Both the position numbers and the translations under genes were made by a program. The notes below the pieces were generated by a model, which had not been told where the DNA came from, searched no databases, and saw only the letters and a list, made by a program, of their open reading frames with translations. This document shows positions 11,870-24,119 of a stretch of 64,000 nucleotides of DNA, piece by piece. Origin of the DNA: Camelus dromedarius (Eukaryota); the NCBI RefSeq assembly GCF_036321535.1, contig NC_087438.1, positions 4,960,001-5,024,000 of the forward strand, written 5' to 3'. Each line of letters opens with the position of its first letter. Positions within the stretch are counted from its first letter, which is position 1.

Positions 11870-11970
11870 GATTTATTTGTGAAACAGGAACCCACATCAC
11901 CCAGAGTCCACAGGTGGAGAAACTGAGGCATGAGGGGCACACAGAACTCACCCGAGTTTACACACAACTG
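11870..11970 (-). mobile_element. MIR fragment
   Basis: 'cacaggtggagaaactgaggcatgagggg...actcacccgagtttacaca' is MIR core-like. Confidence 0.6.
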
Positions 11971-12839
11971 AGCAGAGCCGACCCTCATAACCAGTAAGAC
12001 CGCTGGCTTTCCGAGCAAGTGAAGTGTGATTTATCTGCTTGGCAACAGTGACTCAGCCCTACTGCCTGCCACCCAGAGACCCAGTGATGGGCAAACAATC
12101 CCGGTCCTGCCCTCACCAGGCTTTCATTCTGATGGAACAATGAGGTAAATGCCACAATCACTCTGCTGTTCTGGTTGGCTATTTATAAGTGTGCTTAAGG
12201 ATACAGTCACTCAATTACCAGTAGTTATTCTATGTTGCTGCATTCAGTTGCTCTAATGTAATTCTTTATGTTGTCATTATTATACACGGTCAAGAACTTC
12301 TTAAGGAGCTGTTAAGGAGAAGTTCCTGAACAGAGGAGCCCAATTAGCTGCAGTCAAGACTGTGGTGCTGAAACCTGTCAAGGCAGGCAAGTAAGTGGCA
12401 GTCGGTCTCTAAGCAAATGCTGTACACTGTAGCCTGCAAAATCCACCCCCACTGCATGAGTGACATGTTACCGAAGCTTGCCCAAGGTAGGCAGATGCAA
12501 AGGAGCCTGAATACGGTAATACTGAAATCTATGCATGTTCAGGTAGTCAGATGGGAAAAAAAAAATTAGACACCACAGATGTGATGCAAATTAGAACGGG
12601 CTTTGTTGGCATTACACATTCTGTGCGCAAGGGAGGGTAGTGATGGATGTGTTGCAAGGGAGAAAGCAGCTAATGAGATAGGAAGCTAATCAGAATCTGA
12701 AAGGAGAGGTTTCTGATTGTGTTCATATTCAGCTCCGAAAAAGCAGGTTGTCTCCTAGAAAACGCCACCATCATTAGAGGTAGTCCTCTACTGTGTCGCT
12801 CCATGTCCTAACCTTCCACGTCATCATCAGGACATCCAT

Positions 12840-13520
12840 CAGAAGCAAACAGAAGATGAGTGAATTAATTAGTTAATTTGATGAACATGTGTTGCATTTC
12901 TACATGTCCCTGTTGCTAGTCTAGCATCATGCACAACAGAAAAGATCCCTGCGTCCTAGTAGGTGGAAGTGGAGAGTAAGTAATGTACATGATAAACAAA
13001 TTAACACCATTTTCAGAAGATCAGTGCTCTGGGGTAGGGGGATAGCAAGTTCAGAGCAGGAGACCTGGGTGTGCACAGGATGGGCTCAGCTGCCCTGTTC
13101 AAAGAGGGTGGGAGGGAGAGTGTGTGGAGAAGGTGACGTATGAGCAAAGACCTGAAGGAGGTGAGGGAGGGAGCCAGGTGGATATCTGGGGGAGAGAATT
13201 CTGGGGCAAAGGGACAGTCTGTGCCAAGGCGTTAGAGAGGATGTGTGTCTGATATGTGAAATCATATCAAGGAGGCCGATGAGGCCAGTGCAGGGTGAGG
13301 AGGAGATAAAAGGGACAGAATCCGAGAAGCACAGGGCGGTCCATCGTGCGGGGCCTGGGGGTCCCTCTAAGGCTGTAACTGCTGCTCCCGTGGCACCCAG
13401 AGCCATCGGAGGATTTGAGAAAGGAGTGGAGTCGGACTCGTCTTTTACAAGGATCACAGGCGCTGTGTTGAACATAGAATGGGAAGGGGGTTACAGGAGG
13501 GCTAGTTAAGAGATAGTTTC
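12840..13520 (-). mobile_element. LINE-2 fragment
   Basis: 'gagaaggtgacgtatgagcaaagacctgaaggaggtgagggag...gatatctggggg' is a typical antisense L2 3' region. Confidence 0.75.
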
Positions 13521-14671
13521 AACTAGAAATTTCCAGATCATTGTAAAACTTACCATTATTATTAAATATTCTCTTAGAATTTGGTTTTCCAAATTATACA
13601 TTCAGATACTAAACAAAACCTAATACTGTACTAATGAGAGTTACCCAGTGAGGGCAGAACTGTGTCGACCCTACGAGAGTCTGCCCCCCAGCACAGAACC
13701 TTCCCTGACCACCGGGAATTCCCTGGAGCTGGTCCTTGGTCCCAGTACAGGTGGGTTCTGGTTGCATCTTTCCCCTCGTGGCTCTCTCCCTCTTGTTTTC
13801 CTCTTGGGGGCTTCCAGCCTCTCCCTCCGCAAACCTTTTGGTTTGTTACGATTTCTTTCCCTAGTCTTTGATCCCTGTCTACCTGCCAACCTATTGCTTG
13901 TGACTCTACTGAAAGCCCACTGAGAACTTGGTGGAGAACTTTGGGAGAGGAAGGAAGTCTTCCCTCTAGCTCTGACCGTGGTCCCCAGTGAACTCAGAAG
14001 CTGCAGGGGTGGGTCGAGTCGCAGTAATATTCCCTGAGAACTACCACGGCCGGGGAGCTGGAAATAGTGGAGGTCAATAAAACCCACACATCTCCATCCA
14101 CTCATTTTTGCAAAACAGCAATTTTGAATGTGACTTTAGAAATCTAATCAGTCTCCAAGGACTAAAGGCATTAAAGTAGGTTGTCATTGAAAAATTAATA
14201 AGCTATTTAGAAACCTACTAGTCGTGCTCTGTCCTGTATTCACCTTTCTTTTCCTTCAGAGGGATCTACCCCCTTTTTCCCTGTGCTCTGTTGAATGCAT
14301 ACTAAACTGAACTTCACCTCAAATCTCTTACAGCCTGAATAAGCTGGGACTTCACTAATATGGGTGATTGCTCCTAATTTGCACCTACTCTTCTGAGGCT
14401 TGACGCATGGCGGTTGTATGCAATCCTCCTTTTTGCCATTAAGGAACGTTTCAAGTGAATTCAAACAATTCACCTGGTCAGAGACTTGGAAGGTCACTGT
14501 GATGGATAATTAAACCTCTTTAAGTCTTCCCTGGAAATAAAATACAGATTGTTTGATATGAAACCTTCTCAATGGATGATGAGCTACTTCTGGGAAAAAG
14601 AACATTAAACTGAATTCAAGTGGTGGTCTGCTGATCCGAGCGGTGTTCCATTGAGGGTGGCTCCCCCTCAC

Positions 14672-14887
14672 CGTAGGACTTCTGGGCACCTGCCAGGGCA
14701 GCCCTGGCAAACACTGTGAGTGGCTTTGTCGCCGGCTTTTGGTGCCCTGGGGCATAAGATGCTGAACACTTTGCACAGCAAACCCTCTCCCTCAAAATGC
14801 ACCGAGCAACTCCGTTGCGCTGAGCACTGGTGATCGTGCAGGAGTCAGGCTGCTCTCGGGGAGGAAGTTGGATCTGTGCTACAACGA
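14672..14887 (-). other. Candidate 216-nt phase 1-1 exon (open frame VVAQIQLPPREQPDSC...GAQKSY)
   Basis: On the - strand: acceptor gacttctcccccag| and donor TACG|gtgagg. Length is a multiple of 3 and one frame is fully open. Product not recognised. Confidence 0.25.
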
Positions 14888-15079
14888 CTGGGGGAGAAGT
14901 CATTATTTCATCCAATTATGGAAATTTGTCTTGTGATTTCATCATCATTATTATTGACTATGCGCAATAATTAAGGAACAAATTCCCAAACTCCAACGGC
15001 AATGTCTGTTACTCTATTTCAGTCTGACGTCGCCTCGTATCTTTATCACTACAACATTGGTTTCATTCTTACCCTTTCA

Positions 15080-15445
15080 ATCCATCTGGTATATTTTCTA
15101 ACTTTCTTTGAATTCTGTGATTTTGTGTAGGACTCTCTAGCTCAGAGACCTTAATGGCTCCCTATTTCAGAGCCAAATTTCTCAGCTTGGATTTCAAAGC
15201 TTTGGGAAAAAAAAAAAAAAGTTCTCCCAACCAGCCTCACATTCATGCCCTTCCCAAAGACAACTCTGCCACTGGGCCAGGACAGTCCCTTCACTTGCTC
15301 ACAAATAACTCTCCCTTCCTGCCACCTCGCCTTGATGATGCCTCTTTCCCTGCGATGGCATCATCCTCCCTTTTCCTCTGCTTTTCAGGTTATACTGATC
15401 TTTCAAGAACTAATTTTATTCTTCCTCATCTTCAATACAGTACAT
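15080..15445 (+). mobile_element. LINE-2 fragment
   Basis: 'agagaccttaatggctccctatttcagagccaaa...tcacattcatgcccttccc' is L2-like. Confidence 0.55.
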
Positions 15446-15449
15446 GAAA

Positions 15450-15660
15450 CACTTAAGAGCCTGAGCTTTGGAAGCAATCTAAGATAAAATCTAAGCCTTA
15501 CCTCACACTGAGAATTATTTAATCTTTTTCAAACTCAGTTCCCTCATCTATAAAATGGGAGTAATAATTCTATCTCAGAGTATCACTAAAATTATTAAAT
15601 GAAATACATATAAATTATTTATTGTAGTACCTGGTATACAGTAAGTTTCTGAACAAGGAA
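15450..15660 (+). mobile_element. MIR
   Basis: 'ctcagttccctcatctataaaatgggagtaataat...tacctggtatacagtaagt' is the MIR core. Confidence 0.8.
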
Positions 15661-16184
15661 TGGAAATTGGTGAGCATCCATCCAGGATAATTCATGTCTC
15701 ACTCAGTACACCTGCCTCTCTGACCCTGTTGTCCACTGGTCTCTTTAGAACTTACAGTTTCCATCTAATAAATTAGAAAACAATTGTACATCATTGATAA
15801 AATAGTGTAATCTACCAGCGGGGTGTCCCAATTAGACTAAAAGCCCTTTGAGGGCAAGTAAAGTGTTTGCATCCCTTCTGCGTCTCCACAGTATCTGGTG
15901 CAAAGGTGAGCACGCTGAAGATGCTGAACAAACAAGGACTCATCTGTTCATCGTTCAGCCTGCCAAACACACCAGCCACTCTGAGGTCCTGGGAGCAGGC
16001 TGATGAGTAAATGCACTCACTTCCTGCTAGAAGCTCACCAGTGAGCACAGGAGACAGACAGGTATGGAAGAATGGGAGGGTTTAGTCATAGAGGTAGTCA
16101 CTTCTCCAGTATTGCTCTAAATAAGTTTGTCTTATAAGCATATTTTATTCATATTAGAGCCAAACGAATGACTCCTTACATAAG

Positions 16185-16591
16185 CAGTGTACCAGTAAAT
16201 GATTAGCAGCTAGCTCTTAAGGAAAACAAAAAAGCCCTGGTTTGTGTATTGGCCAATTTCCATGGTGTAAATGCTCCCACCGTGGCCAATTTCAAGCAAC
16301 CAACGTGACACTGCTGAACTTGGAGTTGCAAAGAAATGTACTACCTTACACACTACAGAGCACTGCCACCGTATGTACATGCAATAGATGAAAATAATTT
16401 TAAAAGCATAGATAATGGAAAAATACAAAGAATTAAGAGATAACGTGCTTTGAATATTTATCATATTTTAATATATGTAGAAATGATTAAATTATAACTT
16501 TATAGAATTTAATTTTAATAATGGCTGTGTTTAACAGCCCAAAAATGTAATTATTCTCATGAGTTTGTATGAGCTGGCTCCAAATAGCACT
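16185..16591 (+). mobile_element. MER63 (hAT DNA transposon fossil)
   Basis: 'aaaagccctggtttgtgtattggccaatttccatggtgtaaatgctcccaccgtggccaatttcaagcaaccaacgtgac' matches MER63. Ends cagtg...cactg form short terminal inverted repeats. Confidence 0.8.
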
Positions 16592-16789
16592 GTTTATATC
16601 CAATTTCCAACCCTTAAAGCTAGTTGGAAAGTTAGCATTTTATTACTGGCTATAAAGTTGAATTTTTATAAAGTAAGTCCATTTTAGACTACACTTATAT
16701 GCCAAGAAAACTTCAGTTTTCAGTTTCTTTTATAAATATAGAGCAGATTTGAAGATAGAGGGTTCTATTTAATTTTTTTCAATTGCTGG

Positions 16790-17780
16790 CACTTAGTTAT
16801 TTTTAAGCTATTAATTGTGAAAAATTCCAAATATATACATAGAATGGTGTAACAAACCTCCCTGTTTCTGTCACCTACTGTCAACTATTACAACTCTTGG
16901 TCACTTTAGTTTAATTTATCCCCCATCCCGACTCTACTCTTCCACATTACACCTTTTGTGCATCTCTGTTCCCTCTATATTACCCTCCACCTCCATTATT
17001 TTGAAGGAAATGTATCATTTCACCTATAAATATGCCAGTGCATCTAAAATATATGGGCTTCTTTGCCTATAATATCATTATCACATTTAAAATTCATTAT
17101 TTCTTATCATCAAGTATCTCCAGTCAGTATTCAAAAGTCCAATTGCCTCATAAAAGTCACAAATGTTCTTCTCTGTATTTTTCACAGTTTGAACTTGGAT
17201 GCAGTCCACACATTATAAATGATGGATTATATGTCTCTTTTAATCAGTAGAGTTTTCTCTCTATATCGCTTTTTCCTTAGAATATCTTTGCAGAAGAAAG
17301 AAGATCAGTTTGTCATGCAGAGTCTTCCACACACTGGGTGTTGCTGTTTGCATCCACACGCTGTTACATACCTGTTGCCTTGTCCTCTGCGTTTCCTGTA
17401 TGTAAATAACTGGCTCTAGGTGAGTTTGACCAGCCAGGGTCAGGTTCAGTTTTCACGGCAAGACTGCTTTCCTGGGGGTGGTGTGGTTCTCTGTGGGAAG
17501 GTTCACGGGAGCAGACTGTCTCTCTTCTTGGGATTCTGCTGATGCTCGTTGGCTGGACCCGCCGACCACTGGGACGATAAAGCAGCCATAGTCTCCTTTC
17601 TGTTCTACTTTCCTCATTTGTTGGCTGGGACACTTCTATAAATGAAAACTTCTCTTCATCTACTACTCGGTTAGCCAGTGGAACAATTTATTTAGGAAAG
17701 AGCGAATAAATGTTTCTTCTCCTTCACTTACCTGTTCTCAAAATATGCTGGTCACTAGAATCCTTCCACAGGTACTGATT
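16790..17780 (-). mobile_element. L1MC/MD-type 3' end
   Basis: Antisense L1 3'UTR motifs ('aaacttctcttcatctactactcggtt...caatttatttaggaaagagcgaataaatg'). Confidence 0.7.
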
Positions 17781-18879
17781 TCTACTAAAGAAAGACTTTC
17801 TACAAATTCCCACTGTGTTTTGCAAGGAGTGTCAAAATCATATAGCTCGGAGCATTTTTGTACACCTGCCTCAGCACACAGACTAGCAATCCTTTCTAAA
17901 TGACTTGAAAAGTTATGAGTGTATTTCAGAAAATCTTTTCCCCATGACATTACTCTTTACAACAAGATGAATAGCACAGGATTTTATCAGGTGTGGCCTT
18001 GGAAATTACCTCATCCATATGCTTCATTCATTGTAAACGCAGGGAAATGAGACCAGTTGAAATCCAGCCATCTGCCCATAATGGCGCCAGCAACTGGTAC
18101 AAAGCCTGGTTCCGGATTTCTTGATTCCTGTTCCAGGAATCTTTTTCACACTCTGCCTAAAAGGGCGATTCTGTCAGAAATTCTAGTTAAAATCATTAGT
18201 AAGTACAAGGAAGCAAATCTCACTCTTACAGACTATCCTCAAATTAAAGTAAGCCATCATTCAAAAGCCATCATTCCAAATCAGACATTTTAGAATTCAA
18301 AGCACTTTCCCAAAGAAACTCAGATTCACTGCTGGTTAAAACCCAGGCTGGATTGGTAAACTGTTCTTGGTCCTAGGTTCACACAAAATGCAGAGCCGTA
18401 CGTGTGAAGCACTGTTGATAGCTGCCTCCTTACAGAAGTCGATGAGCATGTGACGAGTCCCATTGGAAATATCTACCATGTCCTGGGACTTTCTATGTGC
18501 TTCTTCGTTTCATTTCCACAGCAATCCCACCCTACCGAGAAAGCTGAGGTCAAAATAGGGGGCTCAGAGAGGCACAGTAAGCAGAGCCTGGACTGGAACC
18601 TGGGAGGCCAACTGCAGGATGACTCGGGGGATTTATCGGAAGAGTTGAGCATGGGATCCTGGCTGATTCAGCTGAGAAAAGGGTCCCAAGTTATGGAATC
18701 GGCATCAGGAAAGCAAAGGAGGACCCTGATCCTCGCTTCACAAGGAAGCTCAGTGTTTATACGAAGGAGACTGTGGTAAGCAGCCTCTCTGGTGGCTCCC
18801 AGTGGTCCCTGCTGCCTGATGATCACAATCTGGTGTCATCCCCTCTCATCAAGTAAGGGCACACCATACTACTTCACTT

Positions 18880-19318
18880 CTAACAATAGAACATGGCAGG
18901 AGTGATGGGCTATTCTGAAATCAGATTGTAAGAAGCACATGGCTTCTGTCTCCAGCGTGCTCGCTCTCACTGCATCACCCATGCTGGATGAAGCCCACCT
19001 CCATGTTGCAGGAGCAGCCTTGAGGAGAAGCCAGCGTTTCTGGTGAAGTATCAGGGGCTCCATCCAACAGCCAGGGAGGAACTGAAGTTTGCCCACAGCC
19101 ACATGAGTGTCATGGAAGAGAACCCATGAACCTGAGTGGAGCCTTGAGATACCTGGAGCCAGGGCTGACATCTTGACCTGCAACCTCATGAGAAACCTCG
19201 GAGCCAAAACTACCCATCCAGCTTGCATTCTTGACTCACAGAACCTGCGCTAACAGATGTTTGTTGTTTAAGTTGCTGAGTTTGGGGTAATTTGTTAAAC
19301 AGCAACAGACAGCTAACT
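18880..19318 (+). mobile_element. MaLR LTR (MLT1D-F-like)
   Basis: 'acagccacatgagtg...gacatcttgacctgcaacctcatgagaaacc...gttgctgagtttggggtaatttgttaaacagcaacagacagctaac'. Confidence 0.85.
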
Positions 19319-19504
19319 TGGTGTCATTCCTAAATCAAGGAACGCATGTTCTTTATTAATGTACTTTCGTGTTCTATGTATGTAGTCATTTTATTTAGGG
19401 ATGCCATTTTTTATGTTAAATAAGATAACAGGGTCTTATTTTTTCCAGTTACTGTCTTTTATCCCTGAAAAAAAACAAAGTCAAAAAAGCATATATACAT
19501 ATAT

Positions 19505-19710
19505 GAGTGGTTGTCAGCTAGGGGAGAGTCTGTCCCCCAAGGGATGGTTAAAAACAGCAATGTTCTAGCAACACTGAATAATGGAGCTTGCTGCTGGGAT
19601 CCAGTGGGTGAAGGGCAGGGACGCTGCTGAACACCCTGTAACACACAGGACATCCCTCCACACCAAAGCATTTTCCAGCCCAGAATGTCAGTAGTTGTTG
19701 AGAAATCTTA
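19505..19710 (+). mobile_element. MER20 (hAT-Charlie MITE)
   Basis: 'tgctgggatccagtgggtgaagggcagggacgctgctgaacaccctgtaacacacaggaca...cagcccagaatgtcagtagt...gttgagaaatc' matches MER20. Confidence 0.85.
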
Positions 19711-22700
19711 ATATATAACCACTGAAATATATCTATTCAGAAAAATAACTGTGTTTACACAATTGAAGCATTAAGATATTACATGGAAAACTTAAGAGAA
19801 AAATACGTATTTTCTACCAGTTTTTGGCTTCTTTTCTTCCTGATAGCATTTTTTTGTCAAATTGAAATGAAAATCTTTTAATTACGTACAAGCACTTTTG
19901 TTTCCATTAAAGTAAACGGCATCCATTTTCATGTGTGACGCACTGATAACACAGCGGTCCACTCAAGTGCTTGCTCATGTTGTTGTCAGGAACACATCGA
20001 TTAGCATTTTGGAGAAGCGGTTGTTTGACATTGAATTTGGAACATCGTGGATCACAAAACGCAACAATGGCTGATGAAAATAACATTCAGTCCCCTGGTG
20101 TGACTCTAAATAAGTAAATTGAGAACAGATATTTATAGAGAGCCTACAGATGAGGCACATTCACTATAGGCAAGTGGCTCTCATCACCCGTGACTAAATG
20201 ATGGATGCCCTCGCGGACACGTGCGTAATGAAGATGGCGAAGTCGCACATTTCCTCACAACTCTTACAACTGTGACACAGATCAGTCACAGGTGTGGAAT
20301 GAACCACGTGGCTGGGATGAGAGCCATTAAATTCCATCACACAGCGTCTACCCCCTTAGAAAGAGGCTTCCAGAGATCGAAGCGAGGAGCACACGGAGAA
20401 CAGAGTGTCTTAGAAAAAGAAGGAACAATAGTAGAACTATCAGAACAAGTAGGGGCATCTCAGAGCTACTGAAGGAGCCAGAAGTAAAACATTCACAAAC
20501 AATATTGCTCTCTGCCTTGTGATTACCTAGAAACCAGACTGAATTTTCCCTCTGGTTCCACTTCCGTGTGTGGACTGATGTCAGCCACGAGGTAGGCGGA
20601 GGCCATGGCCAGCTCTGGCCCAGTGATGGCAGTTTGCTGAAAGACGCTGGGGCTGTTTGCTGAATGTAATGTGACAATGCCGTCAGCATCCATACGTGCT
20701 CACACACAGATCCATTCTCAGTTCCTCCAGTACACGACTTCCACAGACTCATACCTGTAACATCGCACCCTCAGTATTTGTGGCTGGATTTAGAAGGCAG
20801 ACTGTCTGCGTTTAGCTGGGTTCCCCACACTTTCATTTCTCACCCCAGTAGTTCCACGCTCGCTGTTGGTGAACCGAATGGTCATGTCAGTGAGTGTGAA
20901 TCATTTTGCCAAACAACAATGGGACCTTTTCTCTAACAAAAAGTGTCTGGAAAATCTGAGTTCAAATCTAAATCATCTTCACATCAGTGCTTTAGATTTT
21001 CTCCAGAAATTGGATGGATTTAGCAAAGAGAGAGGAGCTCTTAGGTTTCTATTCTGCCCTCAGACATTTCACATGGCTGTAGGCTTTCTTTTCTTTTGGG
21101 CGTATTTCTTTCCTTTCAAAAACTTGCATAGAAACCAACATTCTTGCACTTGGCTATTGTGTTTGCCATTAAACAAACCCATGTTCTAGCAACACTGAAT
21201 AATGGAAAAAATATTAGAGATGCTATCCTCGCCCTTGTTTTTGTCTTTGAAGCTCTATAAGAACACTAGGAGAAATCACTGAATAATAAATCCCAAGGAA
21301 ATAGTAGAAACAGGTGCATTATAGGCTTTAGCATTAGCAGCGTTGAATGGAAAATAACCTCCCACAACAGGAAACAATTACTTTTCTATACAAAAGGAAG
21401 ACTGTTTAAAAAATTGGGCTAGGCTGGAAATTTTCACTAGAGGCATTAGAAAAATATCATTTTTTCATGGATTAAGTACAAAATATTGTAGGCATTTGGT
21501 AAACTTGTAGAGAGTAACTTGAGTTCGTCCTCCATGTCAATATTGATAGTGATGAAAACGCCAAGCATTTAAGTGTCAGGGACACACTTAATTTCAAGAT
21601 TTTTACCTCACTTGTGGCAGGTAACCCACCCAACAAGATGTAATTAGACTTAATGCATATTGGTACAAGGATAGATTGCGTGTCTACACGTAAACGAACC
21701 TGATGCCATTCGGTTCTGGGACTGTACAGATGGAGTGGAGCGGACGTGTGAACGTGGGCTGGCTGGGCACCTGAGCACGAGTCATCACATTATCTCTGCC
21801 ATTGATCTGAGGGGTTATCCCAGACCATGTCTCCTAGGCGTTCTGGTTTTCTCATTTTTTTATTCTCTAGGGGAGCCTTACTTTCTTGCCAACTCTGTGA
21901 TTCACCCTGAAATACTTTTTGTAGGCTGCCTGGACCAATTTGAGAGCAGACTACAGAAGACCCATGTCTTAGCATCCAGAGCCCAGGAGAGGGTGGGACG
22001 CTTGGAGCCCCCTTGATACTCAGCATTGTGCTTAAGCAAAACCCATGAGGGGCTAGTACTAAGGAAGCCTCAGAGCTTCTTGAGTGACCCAGGGCCGTGC
22101 AGGGATTACTACATAAATCAGCCAGATGTGGCCCCTCTGTATGGGCCCTGCATTGCTTACTTACTTCTGTGAGCATTAGCTCACAGTCCGCTGTCACCAA
22201 ACTCAAATTTTGACACATAAATTGACTTTAATAGAACCCAAATATGCAGACTTTGAGAGTTTAGACGCTGCTTGCTTTGCATAGCCCAGGAAACCGCACC
22301 CAACATCTGCCAGCCGTAGATAAGACGAACCCTGGGGCTGTCAGAGCCGACCCCCTGTGCCCTTGAGCGTCCTCTGACCCAGAGACTCCACACCTCGACG
22401 TGTAAAGCCCCACCATGTGCCCTCGGCCCCCACCATCTCCCTTGGCCTCTTTATTCTTTGGCTGCTGGCCCCCTGCAGCTGTCTCTGAAGGATCTCCTGC
22501 TGGGAGAGGCTTCTCTCCTGCAAACCAGTGCAGGCACCACCCAGGAAAGTTGGTTGCGCAGCACAGTCATCTCGTGGGCCTGCCTTTCCCTCGGTCAGCC
22601 CTGAAATCCTCAAACTCACCACAGGCACCAATATAATGTACAGACAAGAGAGTAGCAGAGATTGATCTGGGAAGACAGCACACTCTGGACCAAGGGCTGA

Positions 22701-23329
22701 TCACCAAGGAGCAGGCGGGGAAGCAGACCCTTCCAAGGGATGCTGGTGTGGAGGGAGGACGGTCCTTGAAGTGCATCCAGGGAGAGCCAGTGCCAAGAGT
22801 TGCTGACCCATGACCAAGGATCAGGACCTCCACCCTACCTTGGCTTTCTATCAAACCCTCACCACCACGCTGGGATTTAGACAGGACCCTGTGGGGACTG
22901 GGGAGGAAACTGTGCAATGCCTGCTTGTCCACAATTGGCTTAAGACTAAGTTGTGGTCATTGGAAGGAGAGGAGGCTCGAGATAAAAGTAAATTCAGCTA
23001 TAATAAAATTAAGGTATAGAAAAGTGTTGTATTGTTTGCTCAGTTGATTTGGTGACCTGGTAAGATTTTCCCTACTAGATCTGTTTTGCATTTTGATCTG
23101 ACTAAAATTAGAACTTCAGTGGCCTCCCCACATGCTTCAGATCAGTTCATCAATTCCAACTGGCTTCAGTCTGTTGGGTCTGACAGCCTGCTCCATGCAG
23201 TTAAGATTTTCCGGCTTCAAGAAAAGTGTTAAAAATATCAAAGCCATAATTTAAAAAAAAAAAAAGTTGACTCTATTGAAATAATCTATTAAAGTTTTGT
23301 CAAAATATTTGGTGGTGGTGTTCAAAGAA

Positions 23330-23470
23330 AAGCTAAACAGCATGAGAGGTGAATTTACCGCAAAGCTAATGAAACTTTAGTTATAAAGCTGTCACTTACA
23401 AAGGCCTCTCCCAAGGGTCTTGGATGGGCCCTAGAAAGTTCATATTCATAATTTCATGATTTTTATTTTG
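23330..23470. mobile_element. hAT-Tip100-like (MER45/Arthur-type) fragment
   Basis: 'aagctaatgaaactttag...cacttacaaaggcctctcccaagggtcttggatgggccctagaaag'. Confidence 0.45.
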
Positions 23471-23859
23471 CCAAAAAAAGCCCCTTTATCCCCCAAAACT
23501 TGAATATTCCCCCAACAGAATATTCCAACCAAAGTTAAGGTGTTATCAGGCAGAGCTGTGATTCTGCACCACCACATGAAACTGAGTCCACAAGAAATAA
23601 ATCCCCCTGTGGCCACTTCTGTGTCTGGTGTCCAGAAGGCTCTGGAGGGCTGGTTTCTGAGACCACACTCAGGATCCAGAGACCAGATGACATCCAGGAT
23701 TCTCTCAAGCTCAGTCAGATAAAACAATGGCTGGAAACCCACACCCTGTTTGGTAAGTTTAGCACAATTACATGGGTTCATTGGGGTAACATATTAGTCG
23801 TACCTGCTGCTTATGTGTAAGGAATTCAGACGTGTAGGATGGCCTCCCAAACCTACTCA

Positions 23860-24020
23860 AAACGTAGGTGAATGTGGACAATCACTTAACCCTCCAGTTT
23901 CAATTTTTGATCTATGAAATGGAGAAGATGAGTGTCTACATCACAAGGGTCAGTGAGGACCAAGGGAGATAACATATGGGCATAGCCTAGAGTCTGTCTC
24001 ACAATAAACGCTTCCAAATC
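23860..24020 (+). mobile_element. MIR
   Basis: 'aatcacttaaccctccagtttcaatttttgatctatgaaatggagaagatg...gtgaggaccaagggagataac'. Confidence 0.7.
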
Positions 24021-24119
24021 ACGTGCCCCTGACTCTTACCTGTGTCATGGACGCGGGTCTGGACAGATGACAAAAAGTGACAGCTTATTCCCCGCCATTA
24101 TATGCAAGCCCCCAGTCAA

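Noticed and set aside
17730-17950. Minus-strand exon with a perfect CAG|gtaagt donor
   Set aside because: The donor lies in sequence matching the L1MC/MD 3' end, and the frame stops before the donor.
18670-18780. Plus-strand exon EKRVPSYGIGIRKAKEDPDPRF.. with a GTAAGC donor
   Set aside because: The acceptor is weak and the 3' part resembles an L2 remnant.
21590-21770. Laminin-G-like peptide WHQVRLRVD..LLGGLP on the - strand
   Set aside because: The resemblance is only superficial: motif spacing is too short, splice sites are poor and no neighbouring LamG exons were found.
22804-22816. Nuclear-receptor DR1-like TGACCC-A-TGACCA
   Set aside because: Both half-sites mismatch the consensus, such matches are frequent by chance and there is no supporting context.
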